From positions 1 to 58,974 of the forward strand of contig JBHLME010000009.1 in NCBI GenBank assembly GCA_048938445.1: a stretch of DNA of 58,974 nt. Direction: 5' to 3'. The stretch is from Promethearchaeota archaeon. GTDB lineage: Archaea; Asgardarchaeota; Lokiarchaeia; Sigyniarchaeales; SOKP01. Shown in pieces: positions 30,785 through 40,584 of this stretch (the first letter of the stretch is position 1; the number at the start of each line of letters is the position of its first letter). The position numbers and the translations under genes were made by a program. The notes under the pieces were generated by a model, which worked only from the letters and a program-made list of their open reading frames with translations, was not told where the DNA came from and made no database searches.

Positions 30785-31048
30785 ATGAGTTTAGATAAAT
30801 GGATTAAAACTGAAAAAAAGAACGATGATAAAAGACAAAATAAAAAGCAAGCTCAAGTAAGTAACTTAACAACTATAGCAAAACAAGATAAAAATATAGA
30901 ACCTACAAGCAAATTATTAAAAAAATTCATACTTAATTGCATTAAAAAAAGCTGTAATTACCAAAAAACAGTAAAGAAAAGAATTCTTAGCGATAAAGAC
31001 ATGATTTGTCCTCGTTGTGAAGGAAAAATGGAAGTAAATGAAGTTTAA
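30785..31048 (+). CDS. small Zn-ribbon protein
   Basis: MSLDKWI N-terminal motif; C-x4-C ... CPRC. Confidence 0.65.
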   Translation: MSLDKWIKTEKKNDDKRQNKKQAQVSNLTTIAKQDKNIEPTSKLLKKFILNCIKKSCNYQKTVKKRILSDKDMICPRCEGKMEVNEV

Positions 31049-31281
31049 ATAGTACTTTCTAAATTCAAATCACGTGGAAGAGGAAGATTATCTAAGTCAA
31101 AGAAAGATTGGCAATTAGGACACGAATTCTTTTTTTTACTTAATTTAAGAAGGATATAACCAAGTCCAAAAGTAAAAGTTATGAGAATACATAAAATTTC
31201 ATGATATTTATGCTCAAATTGTTTACGTCTTAAAATCACATTAGCTTCGCATGTTTCACAATAAACGATTCTTTTTACCAT
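31045..31281 (-). CDS. LITAF-like zinc/membrane-hairpin protein
   Basis: CETC - hydrophobic ILCILITFTFGLGYILL - CPNC. Confidence 0.6.
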   Translation of the reverse strand: MVKRIVYCETCEANVILRRKQFEHKYHEILCILITFTFGLGYILLKLSKKKNSCPNCQSFFDLDNLPLPRDLNLESTI

Positions 31282-31482
31282 AGAATAAGCACTATATAAT
31301 AGATAATGAGTTCAATTCTTTAAGATAATGAAGGATCTTTTATTTATTTTATCAACTTACATTTTAATTTTTGAATAATAATGTAAAATTTTAAAATTTA
31401 ATAAAAAAATTTTAATAAAAATTCAATTATATTTACCTTACCATATTTAATTTGAAGAAAAAAATTTGAAGAGGAATGATAA

Positions 31483-32493
31483 ATGCCTATATGCTATCTT
31501 TGTGGAGAAGAATTTCATCAATTATCTCATTGTCATGAATGTGGTCATGATTATTGTAATTTACATATTGATAAAGACATACATGGATGTCAATTAATGA
31601 AAGAAGAACACACGCATCAACCATATGCTACACCACAACCCACTTATACTAATGTTATGGAATCGAGGCCACAAATTTCTAATTTTCAACCCTCCCCTCA
31701 ACAAATAGTTCAAACAACTGGTCCGATACGCGGGACTACAGATGGTACTTACACTTGGTATCGTTCAGAAATGTCAATTCCTGAAAATGCATTCTCACCA
31801 GATTCTGGTATAGATTTTAGCGGAATATTATTTCCTTATAAGTCAGAAATTAGCCATTTCTTAATTGGTATCGCCGTGATTTATATAATTGGTCTTATAA
31901 CCTTTTATAAAAGAGATTTAATAACAAGGAATCTTGGATGGGCTATATTCATGTTGGCAGGTTTTTATACAACAGCATTTTTATTTCATGAATTGGGGCA
32001 TCGTCAAGTAGGAACTCATTTTAAATTCCCTACTAAATTTAGACTTTTAACAATTGGTATGGTATTAACCATCATTAGTATAACCATGGGATTGTCATTT
32101 CTCTTATTGGATTTGGGTATACCGGCACCAACTTTTGCATTACCTGGAGCAGTAGTCGTTTTAGGTTTAGATAAAATAAGTAAAGAAACAGGATTATGTA
32201 AGGCGGCAGGACCAACAGTTAATCTCGTGTATGGAAGTATTTTATTATTTATATCATTAATTCTGCCAAATTGGCTTTATCCATTAAATTACCTTATTGC
32301 TGCTGCCGCAAGCATTAATTACATGTTAGGTTTGTTCAACATGATTCCTATTGGTATTTTAGATGGTCAAAATATATTTAAATGGAACAAGAAAGTATAC
32401 TTTGCATTAGCCTCGTCTTTAGCAGCCTTATTGGTATTAACTTACATCTTTATCTATGTTCCTAACTTGGTATTAATAATTTGGCAACTATAA
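31483..32493 (+). CDS. AN1-type zinc finger + M50 (site-2) intramembrane metalloprotease
   Basis: CYLC...CHEC...YCNLH.....HGC; HELGH, AAGP.VN, NMIPIGILDG; several TM segments. Confidence 0.88.
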   Translation: MPICYLCGEEFHQLSHCHECGHDYCNLHIDKDIHGCQLMKEEHTHQPYATPQPTYTNVMESRPQISNFQPSPQQIVQTTGPIRGTTDGTYTWYRSEMSIPENAFSPDSGIDFSGILFPYKSEISHFLIGIAVIYIIGLITFYKRDLITRNLGWAIFMLAGFYTTAFLFHELGHRQVGTHFKFPTKFRLLTIGMVLTIISITMGLSFLLLDLGIPAPTFALPGAVVVLGLDKISKETGLCKAAGPTVNLVYGSILLFISLILPNWLYPLNYLIAAAASINYMLGLFNMIPIGILDGQNIFKWNKKVYFALASSLAALLVLTYIFIYVPNLVLIIWQL

Positions 32494-32747
32494 CCTTAAT
32501 ACCCTTTTTTTTATTTGTTTTACTTGTATTTGAAAAAATAGTTATAACTATTTATTACATATATTAATCAATATTAATTACTTTAAAAAATTGAAAATCT
32601 TTTTTTAATTAGATTTCTCATATCTATAATAATAGAGAATATAACTTAAGATGTATAAAGATAAGACTAAAGAACGATAAAAAATATTAATAATACAAAT
32701 TAAATAAAAACAAATTTGATTATCTTAAAAATTTTCGTGAAACAATA

Positions 32748-33710
32748 GTGCCATTTTGTGAACATTGTGGAAATGAAATCGGATACCTTCCTTTTAATTG
32801 TAATTATTGTGGAGGGACGTTTTGCAAGCAACATAGATTACCTGAAAACCACGAATGTAGCTTTGAATTAAAGCATAAACCTGCTGTTTCAACTGCTGCA
32901 AAAAAAAAACGGCAATCCCTGCAAGAAGTAACACGTCCAATATCTCAAGATTATCTATATAAAGGTCCAAGACAATTAAAAAAATATCTTAAACGACAAG
33001 AGAAGGAACGTAAAAAAACGAGAAGAATGGCTGAACCACGTATGAGATCTCCCACGAGACCTTGGAAATTAGGAAACGGCACTCTTTTTATAATGTTAAT
33101 GATCATTATTTTTTCTGCATTAGAAATTGGACGTATTATCATTGAAGATGACCCTAATGTGTTAAAATTAAGTCAAATTGGTCTTTATGCTATATATATA
33201 TGGAGGATAATAACCACTTCATTTATATATACTTCAAATTTATTAGGTTTCTTCTTTCTGTTCATAATGATCTATTTTTTACGCTTTATGGGTAAATTAA
33301 TTGAAGTCCAGTATGGAACAAAGTTTTTTTTAAAATTTTATTTTTTATGTGTAGGATTAAAAATTTTAATACATGCTATCCTTATGCTACCATTTGCATT
33401 GATTTATCCTGAAGATCTAGAATTATTTGTATTTATTCCTTCGGCATCTGCTGCAGCAGCAATATTTGGATTGATCGCACTACTCTTGTTGCCAATGTTA
33501 AATAGAGAAATAACTGGATTCATGTATTTTTTTCCAGTGAGAACCAAAGGAAAGACATTTCTTTTGATTATGGTATTGTTTATATTGCTTCCAGGTTTAT
33601 TGTATTTATTCTTATTAGATCCTTTTCCTCTAATATTTAGCATTTCGGATTTAGGAGGGCTATTAGCTGCATATCTCATAGTTTATCAAAAAATCAGGTT
33701 AAAAAATTAA
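32748..33710 (+). CDS. AN1-type zinc finger + rhomboid-like (probably inactive) membrane protein
   Basis: CEHC..PFNCNYCGGTFCKQHRLPENHEC; WRIITT.F; IEVQYGTKFFL.FY; PSASAA in place of GASG; SDLGG in place of HLGG. Confidence 0.82.
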   Translation: MPFCEHCGNEIGYLPFNCNYCGGTFCKQHRLPENHECSFELKHKPAVSTAAKKKRQSLQEVTRPISQDYLYKGPRQLKKYLKRQEKERKKTRRMAEPRMRSPTRPWKLGNGTLFIMLMIIIFSALEIGRIIIEDDPNVLKLSQIGLYAIYIWRIITTSFIYTSNLLGFFFLFIMIYFLRFMGKLIEVQYGTKFFLKFYFLCVGLKILIHAILMLPFALIYPEDLELFVFIPSASAAAAIFGLIALLLLPMLNREITGFMYFFPVRTKGKTFLLIMVLFILLPGLLYLFLLDPFPLIFSISDLGGLLAAYLIVYQKIRLKN

Positions 33711-33810
33711 TACTGACATCCTCATATTAAAAACAAAAAATTATCAACGAAAATTTATTTTCTTATATAATTGTAAATATTTCATATAAACATTCATAAG
33801 AAATGATATT

Positions 33811-34467
33811 ATGCCCGAAGAGGAAATTTCTAGAATTGTTGAATTGAATGAGGATTTGATACAAAATAACGATAAATTAGCTTCAAGAAATCAACAAATA
33901 TTAAGAATTAATGGAATTAAATCTTTTGATATTGTAGGTGCAATAGGAGCCGGTAAAACGGCCATCTTGGAAATATTGTGCAAAGAATTATCGAAAGATA
34001 AAAGAATCTTAGTTATTAATGGAGATGTTGCAACTCGCGTAGATGCAGATAGGATTGAGAAACATGGTGCAAAAACAATTCAAATTAATACTGGACGGGA
34101 ATGTGCATTAAATTCCTATCACATATCTCAAATCATAAATAATATCAATCTTAGCGAATACGACGTTTTATTCATAGAAAACGTAGGAAATCTTATATGT
34201 CCTTCAGATTTTATATTAGGAGCAGAGAAAAGAATTGTCGTTGTAAGTATTACTGAAGGCCCTTGGGTAATAAGAAAGCATCCTATTCTCTTCAAATTTT
34301 CAGATATAGCGATCATAAATAAGATTGATTTAAAAGATTATATTGAAGTGGATATTAGTGAAATGATAAATGATGCTAGACAGATCAATCCAAACTTAAA
34401 AATATTTACTACAAGTGCGAAAACAGGAGAAACAATATCTGAATTAATTGATGCTTTGGAGATATAA
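33811..34467 (+). CDS. hypB: hydrogenase nickel incorporation GTPase HypB
   Basis: GAGKT, GDV...DA.RI, INTGRECAL (usual CH His replaced by Ala), ENVGNLICP, NKIDL, SAKTG. Confidence 0.9.
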   Translation: MPEEEISRIVELNEDLIQNNDKLASRNQQILRINGIKSFDIVGAIGAGKTAILEILCKELSKDKRILVINGDVATRVDADRIEKHGAKTIQINTGRECALNSYHISQIINNINLSEYDVLFIENVGNLICPSDFILGAEKRIVVVSITEGPWVIRKHPILFKFSDIAIINKIDLKDYIEVDISEMINDARQINPNLKIFTTSAKTGETISELIDALEI

Positions 34468-34536
34468 ATCAATTAAAAATTAATAGAAAAGAACATAATA
34501 ATAAAATATTCAAATATACAATTAGGTCTGATAATC

Positions 34537-34965
34537 ATGTCTTTAAGACAATATAATAGTGAATTAGGTACATTAATTGATAAAATCATTAAAGTCTACT
34601 TAGATGGAGATAAATTTATTGTTGGGCAATTGAAAGGTATTTCTGAGGATTCTAATCTCATATTAACAAATGCGAAGAATGAAAAGAATAAACTATTTCC
34701 CAAGATTGTTATAAGGAATAGTTACTATAATTATTTCACTTTAGAGGAAGAACCCTTTCCAATGGAAGCTCTTGCAGAGAGAATAAGTAAAATATTTTCA
34801 AAAGGTCATGTAAATTATATTGCCGAACAAAATGTTATATCAATATTAAATGGAAAAATCGTGGTTAATGAAGATGGTGTGAGAGGCGAGGGACCATCAG
34901 CAGACCGCGTTAAAAAGATCTATGAGCAATTTATAATGGATCTTGAAAATCCTCCTAAAGAATAA
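34537..34965 (+). CDS. Lsm family RNA-binding protein with C-terminal extension (SmAP3-like)
   Basis: Sm1 LIDKIIKVYL...GQLKG...NLILTNA, Sm2 IVIR; Lsm_C-like EGPSADRVKKIY. Confidence 0.85.
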   Translation: MSLRQYNSELGTLIDKIIKVYLDGDKFIVGQLKGISEDSNLILTNAKNEKNKLFPKIVIRNSYYNYFTLEEEPFPMEALAERISKIFSKGHVNYIAEQNVISILNGKIVVNEDGVRGEGPSADRVKKIYEQFIMDLENPPKE

Positions 34966-34985
34966 GCCCTTGGGGCCTTTTTTTT
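34966..34985 (+). terminator. short hairpin + T-tract between convergent genes
   Basis: GCCC-TTG-GGGC followed by a T run. Confidence 0.45.
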
Positions 34986-34992
34986 AATAATT

Positions 34993-35499
34993 TTAAGTAT
35001 TTTTGAATATATCGATTAAATTTTGTAAATTAAGATCTTGAAATATTGTGTAGAACGTAGCTTTCGTAAGGGGAGTGACTTTAATTATATCCAAATCTTC
35101 AAATTCTCTTAAATAATCTTTTTCAATGAGCGTTTTAACGTCTGTAGTCCATACTTCGGAAAAAATTTCTTTTAAATCACTTATCTTCATATTTTCATCA
35201 ATTTCCTTGCTAAGTGCTAATATTAAAGCTAAAGTTCCATATTGACTAGGTGTTATGTCATCATCTTTACCTTCTGCTATCAATACGTAGTATTTTTGTT
35301 CTTGAAAACTAGTTTTTATCAAGTCAAAACCTACATTTTTTAAGAAAGAATAAATATCACCCATTATTTGGTCAAAGTCTAAAGTTGCACCACATAAATT
35401 CAATAAATCTTTTTCTCTAATCATTTTCTGTTGGTGTGTTAATATAACACGAGAAATTTTTTTTACTGTATTGTCATAGTTATTCAATTCATCTGTCAA
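34993..35499 (-). CDS. tandem winged-helix, kite-like (Nse1/MAGE/MksE-like) protein
   Basis: FLKNVGFDLI......KYYVL, then GTLALILAL...ISDLKEIF...LIEKDYL...IKVTPL; directly downstream of an SMC-like gene. Confidence 0.5.
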   Translation of the reverse strand: MTDELNNYDNTVKKISRVILTHQQKMIREKDLLNLCGATLDFDQIMGDIYSFLKNVGFDLIKTSFQEQKYYVLIAEGKDDDITPSQYGTLALILALSKEIDENMKISDLKEIFSEVWTTDVKTLIEKDYLREFEDLDIIKVTPLTKATFYTIFQDLNLQNLIDIFKNT

Positions 35500-35516
35500 T
35501 CATTCCACCATCTTTT

Positions 35517-37034
35517 TTAAATATTTTTAATTATTAAATTTTCTATTTCATCTTTCAATTCTAAATTAGATAATACAAATATAAGCCTGTATTTTTTAAA
35601 ATTTGGCTCGGTTTCAAATATTGGTATTAATTTTCGTATCGTTCGAAAAATAGACCCTCTTTTATTATATTTATTATGAATGAATAAATTGGTAAATATG
35701 ATATCCTTTAAGTTTAATTGCATTTGTATTGAAATATGAAAACCAAGGATAAAATATATTTTTTCAGGGGTAGTTAAATCTTGAAAGTTAATTTTTTCTT
35801 TATTTGAACGTAAGAATTGAATGTTAATTATGAGATTTTTGTTATCTTCCTTAATGTAAAGATTGATAATACTTTCTAAGTTTATTTCTATTAAGAATTT
35901 ATTTATAGTTCCTTCAATTTTTTTAATGAGATGTTCTATTAATTTAAATTTTTGCATTATATCAGAGATAAATTCTTTTTTTTCTGAGATAATAATATTC
36001 CTTCTATTTTTTTTCAAATTTTCGTTTATTTTTTCAATTTCTGTTGCAACTATTGAAAGATCTTTAGGATCCTCATTATTTAAATATTGTATTGATTTTT
36101 CTATTCCAGTTAATTCATCATTGATGGATGCTATTTCATTCTGAATTTGGTTTGAAGATTTAATGAGGGTTAAATTATTGATATCAAGATTTATCAATTC
36201 ATCATTTTCCTCAGTTTTTAAGTTTTTTTCTAATTCCTTTTTGAGTGATTTAATTTTCTCTTCATCATTTTTAAGAATTTTAACTATTTCTTGATAATCT
36301 TTTTCAATTTTTTCATATTTAGGATTTATTCTATTATATTTTATTTGAGATTCTTGTATTTTAGATTTAATCTGCTTGATTTTAAATTGTACTTCCTTGG
36401 CATTCATTTGAAGATTTTTAATTTTTTCAGATTTTGGAATTCCTTTTTCTTCGCTATTATTGTCATTTGAAATATCTTCATCCATATCGCGAGTAATCTT
36501 ATTTATTTGGTTGAAAAATTCCTTCTTTTGGTTGTTTAAATCTAAAATTTCCAAGTTTAGACTTTCAATTTCATTATAGACAGCATTCTTTTGGTTTTTT
36601 ATTTTTAAATAATCTTCCTCAAGGTAAGTTAACTGCTTTTTAGATTGGTCTAAAGATTTTGTTAATTTATTTAATAAATCAGTTTTAGCAGCAATATCAC
36701 TAGATTTTGTTTTTATTTGGGCGATTTTTAATTCTTTTTCTAATAAATCTTTCTCATTTAATAATTTAATATATTTAAGTAGAGCTATTATATTTTCGAT
36801 TAGATTACAATGTTTATCGACTGTGTCTGAATTATACATAGTAGTGGTTATGTAATTATTTAAAACTTCTAATAATGAAAGAGATTTATCCAAGTCTCTT
36901 AAATTATAAACTTTATTGTTAAAAATGATAAGAAATTCTTCTAAAGGAATCATTTCAAAATTTTCAAAATTTTCAAGGAAGCTAAGATTTTGAATTTGAG
37001 TTAACATTTCTTTATTGAATTTACCCTTTATCAA
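35517..37034 (-). CDS. SMC/Rad50-like coiled-coil protein with degenerate ABC motifs (frame open up to 37118)
   Basis: about 300 aa coiled coil; C-terminal INFQDLTTPEKIYFILGFHISIQ sits at the LSGGE signature position, followed by IIFTN and YRLIFVLS strands; no Walker A. Confidence 0.55.
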   Translation of the reverse strand: MIKGKFNKEMLTQIQNLSFLENFENFEMIPLEEFLIIFNNKVYNLRDLDKSLSLLEVLNNYITTTMYNSDTVDKHCNLIENIIALLKYIKLLNEKDLLEKELKIAQIKTKSSDIAAKTDLLNKLTKSLDQSKKQLTYLEEDYLKIKNQKNAVYNEIESLNLEILDLNNQKKEFFNQINKITRDMDEDISNDNNSEEKGIPKSEKIKNLQMNAKEVQFKIKQIKSKIQESQIKYNRINPKYEKIEKDYQEIVKILKNDEEKIKSLKKELEKNLKTEENDELINLDINNLTLIKSSNQIQNEIASINDELTGIEKSIQYLNNEDPKDLSIVATEIEKINENLKKNRRNIIISEKKEFISDIMQKFKLIEHLIKKIEGTINKFLIEINLESIINLYIKEDNKNLIINIQFLRSNKEKINFQDLTTPEKIYFILGFHISIQMQLNLKDIIFTNLFIHNKYNKRGSIFRTIRKLIPIFETEPNFKKYRLIFVLSNLELKDEIENLIIKNI

Positions 37035-37114
37035 TGTATATTGGTCTTTTATAGCTATTTTATTTTTTCCAATAATAATCTCTAATTTTTCCTTTGAAAT
37101 TTTTAACTCACGAT

Positions 37115-38164
37115 TTAATTATCTTTTTTAAATTTTTTTAAATACTTCTGGTATTCTTCCTTTTTCTTTTTCTTCCTTTCTCGAATTAGATCTAATGGAT
37201 CTAATTCATCATCTTTCTGTATTAGATATTCTTCTTCAAAATTTTTTTCAAATTGGGATTTGAATTTCTCTATTTTTTCAACTACATCATCACTTAGCTC
37301 TATTTCTTTTGAAGGTTTTTCAGCTATTTCAGATAACTTTTCTCTTCTCTGTTTTCTTCTTCTCCTTTCAAATTCCTCATCAGAAAGTCGGATGTATTCT
37401 TGATATGTACTTGAGTGGAACTGATCCTCTTGTTTTTTCTTCATATCTTCTATGACTTCTTTTTTTTTTAGCTCCTCAATGATTTTCCTTTTCTTTTTTA
37501 ATTCTTCAGCAGTAAGTTGTTTTTCTATTTCATATAAAAACTCCTCAAATGAAATTGGACTTCTTAAATATGTTTCTTTAAATTTATTTACTATTTCTGT
37601 ATCTATGTCATCTGGTACCTTCTCTAATTCTAATTCAAGTTTAGATTCAATTATAGAAATGAAGTATTTTTCTATATTATTTACTCCTGTTAAAAAAATA
37701 GAATTTAATTTCAATGAATTTAATAATTCTAACCATTCTTCGAGTGATAAAGAAGGTATAAAAGATATTGTTTCAATGTTTTTGCTTATATTCCTATTTT
37801 CTATTAAGTATAAACCAAGTTGCTTCGTGTAGCTTTGAGTTAAATTGATGGCTTTTAAAGAATCCTTGAAAGCTTCTTTGTATTTTTGAATTAAAAGATC
37901 CTGAAAGAATAAAAATTGATTTAAATTCTGTGATGAAATTTGCCGTATTTCTTGATAAGATTTACTTAAGATTTCATTAACTTCTTCTAATTGAGTAATA
38001 AAGTCATCATTTTCAAATATATTTGAAACTATAATGCTTTCTTCTTTGTAATCCTCGTAAAGTTTATCCAGTTTAGCTAAATTACCCTGCAATCCTTCAA
38101 GAGGTCCAATTAAATCCTTTATTTTTTCTAAATTAAATATTTCAAATTCCATAGTATCATGCAA
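37115..38164 (-). CDS. hypothetical coiled-coil protein with charged C-terminus
   Basis: 349 aa, E/K/R-rich helices. Confidence 0.7.
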   Translation of the reverse strand: MHDTMEFEIFNLEKIKDLIGPLEGLQGNLAKLDKLYEDYKEESIIVSNIFENDDFITQLEEVNEILSKSYQEIRQISSQNLNQFLFFQDLLIQKYKEAFKDSLKAINLTQSYTKQLGLYLIENRNISKNIETISFIPSLSLEEWLELLNSLKLNSIFLTGVNNIEKYFISIIESKLELELEKVPDDIDTEIVNKFKETYLRSPISFEEFLYEIEKQLTAEELKKKRKIIEELKKKEVIEDMKKKQEDQFHSSTYQEYIRLSDEEFERRRRKQRREKLSEIAEKPSKEIELSDDVVEKIEKFKSQFEKNFEEEYLIQKDDELDPLDLIRERKKKKKEEYQKYLKKFKKDN

Positions 38165-38169
38165 TTAAT

Positions 38170-39234
38170 TTATATTTCTGGAGGTAATGATCGACCATTC
38201 TTAGATTTATTTCCCTTATCATTATCAAATTTTTCACCACTCAGTGTATCTTGTCTCCCAACATGAATTGCCGTACCTCCAACTAATTTTAGTGAGGTAT
38301 AAAATATATCATAGGTTAATAATTCCGTATTAATACTCTTAAATAAAGCAACATTGGTTCCTCGTTCAATATCGGATCCAGAATAACCAATTGTGAGATA
38401 TAATATCCCATCCTTATTTTTTTTACGAATCTCCTTTTGAAAGACACTTTCATTAAATTCGGATACAGTATGTCCAATTTTTTTCTTTAAATCTAAAGCT
38501 ATGGAATCAAATAATTTGTATTCTTCCTCCATTTTTTTCATAATAGAATCATCAACACCAATTTTTGCATCTTTTATTTTTTTAATAAAAGATTCAATAA
38601 TCAATTTCCTTAGTCTAAAATCTGGAAAGTCAAATTTAAGATGAAACATAAACCTGCGCCAAATAGCAGAATCTAACTGTCCTTGATGATTTGTAGCACC
38701 AAAAATTGCTAATGGGACACCTTCATAGTTTACTTTATCAATAACTTGTAAAAAAGAGATTACAGCTCTTTTGATCTCTCCAACTTCATGAATGTTAGAC
38801 CTTTCTGAACCAATTGCATCTATTTCATCAAAAAATAGGATAAATGCGTTATTTTCTTTTGCAATATCCGCTGAGAGCTCCACGACATTCCTAATATTTT
38901 TGATCGTATCGCCGAGTAATGGAGATACTAATCGATCTGATTCAACCACACAAATGGGTATATCATATTGCTTGGAGAATGCTCTTGTTAAAGAAGTCTT
39001 ACCCGTACCAGGAGGTCCATATAATAAAACGGTTAAACTTGGTGATAATTTTGAACTTTTTAATTGGTCTTTAATGTCATCATATTTTTTCAAAGCTTTA
39101 AAAAAATCGTCTAGTCTTTCTTTAATATCTTCATTACCTAGGATATCATCAATTGATTCCTTAATATTATCGGGTAAAAAAACAGCACCATACTTCCCAA
39201 GACGTTCTTTTATTTCATCATCTGAATATGTAAT
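38170..39234 (-). CDS. classical-clade AAA ATPase (single domain); probable ATT start at 39234
   Basis: GPPGTGKT, FFDEID, ATNH..QLDSAIWRRF; conserved SIDDILGNEDIKERL lies upstream of the called TTG at 39093. Confidence 0.85.
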   Translation of the reverse strand: MTYSDDEIKERLGKYGAVFLPDNIKESIDDILGNEDIKERLDDFFKALKKYDDIKDQLKSSKLSPSLTVLLYGPPGTGKTSLTRAFSKQYDIPICVVESDRLVSPLLGDTIKNIRNVVELSADIAKENNAFILFFDEIDAIGSERSNIHEVGEIKRAVISFLQVIDKVNYEGVPLAIFGATNHQGQLDSAIWRRFMFHLKFDFPDFRLRKLIIESFIKKIKDAKIGVDDSIMKKMEEEYKLFDSIALDLKKKIGHTVSEFNESVFQKEIRKKNKDGILYLTIGYSGSDIERGTNVALFKSINTELLTYDIFYTSLKLVGGTAIHVGRQDTLSGEKFDNDKGNKSKNGRSLPPEI

Positions 39235-39261
39235 TCTTTATCATCTCTTTCTTTTTATATT

Positions 39262-40569
39262 TTATTTACTTTTTCTTTCTTTATCAATCTTTTCACATTC
39301 ACTCGCAACTTCAGAAATTAAATCTTTAAGATTATCTATTTGAGATCCAATGAAATTAAAAATTTCTTTTCTATATTGAGGAGAATCCCTAATTTTCATC
39401 TTATCAATTCCTAAATAATTTGGAAAACATGCAAGTTTCATTAAATAAGGGAGTACTTTTTCATTTGTCTGTAAATCTTTAAAAATTGAATAAAAAATAT
39501 TCTCTTCTGATAATTTCCACTTTAATATTCCCATATATATTAAAAAAGAAAAATTCAATGCAATCCAATTGATCAATTCTCGACTTAAAAATCCCCGCCT
39601 CATCGATGCGAATGCTAAATAATGCAATAATAATGTTTCATTGCTAAATTGAGGAATATATCTTAAGGTGCCATCAGACTGCTTGTTTTCTCGTAAAAAG
39701 TTATTATCAAGTAAAATTTGTACGAAATTTTCTTTAGGAGCTAAAAATATACCATCAATTATTCTCAATCCCATTAAATCAGCTAATTTTTCAATGGACT
39801 CTTCTTCTGTATTAGCAATTGAATCTATATATGGTGAAAATACTTCACTTTTCAAGATCATTGGGATTTCATGATTTTCTCTTTCGGGGAATTGTCCATA
39901 ATTAGGATCGAGATTGAATAATGAAACGATATTGTTGATAATCTGATAAATCTTTGGTGAAATTCCAGGAATTTCAAATAAATCTGGATTTTCTAACTTT
40001 TCTCTATAAAATGTATGGGACTGTAGTAAATGTCTTTGGCATTCATAGAATTCTGGAACGTGTTCTAATAATTTTTCATATATAATTTTCAGGTTTCTAC
40101 CCCTCGGGAAGAGTATTTCTTCTAAAAATTTTACTGAACGGTATAAATAAGTACTTTCAAAATTTTTTTTATCAGGTGATGTTATGTGCTGCAACACGTT
40201 CAAAGCATCAACAGATTCATGGAGAAATTCTAAAATATAATCCTTTATATCGATAATTTCTATTTTTTCCTGATATTTTGTAATAAAATCTTTCATTATT
40301 TCATAAATATTTGATCGATACATTGCAGAGAATTCAGATAAAGCTCGAACTGTTCTAATGTTTCTCTTTTCCTCTTCTTGCCTTATTTTATCTAAAATCT
40401 CAGTATCTAATAACAAATCGGGATCTAAATCTTTAATGATTCTCCTTGTCTCTCGGAGTATTGGCCTCATGTGGCTGATAAATGTTAAATATCTTGGAAA
40501 AATATCTGTCCATTTTTCTCTTCTCTTTCCAGCTTTAACGGTTCTTGAATAATTTCTTTTACTGCTCAA
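39262..40569 (-). CDS. hypothetical helical protein
   Basis: 435 aa ORF within a tight operon; no motif recognised. Confidence 0.7.
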   Translation of the reverse strand: MSSKRNYSRTVKAGKRREKWTDIFPRYLTFISHMRPILRETRRIIKDLDPDLLLDTEILDKIRQEEEKRNIRTVRALSEFSAMYRSNIYEIMKDFITKYQEKIEIIDIKDYILEFLHESVDALNVLQHITSPDKKNFESTYLYRSVKFLEEILFPRGRNLKIIYEKLLEHVPEFYECQRHLLQSHTFYREKLENPDLFEIPGISPKIYQIINNIVSLFNLDPNYGQFPERENHEIPMILKSEVFSPYIDSIANTEEESIEKLADLMGLRIIDGIFLAPKENFVQILLDNNFLRENKQSDGTLRYIPQFSNETLLLHYLAFASMRRGFLSRELINWIALNFSFLIYMGILKWKLSEENIFYSIFKDLQTNEKVLPYLMKLACFPNYLGIDKMKIRDSPQYRKEIFNFIGSQIDNLKDLISEVASECEKIDKERKSK

Positions 40570-40584
40570 TTGAACACCTATTTT

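Noticed and set aside
38792-39343. 183-aa + strand ORF
   Set aside because: Antisense to the conserved AAA ATPase, with no recognisable motifs
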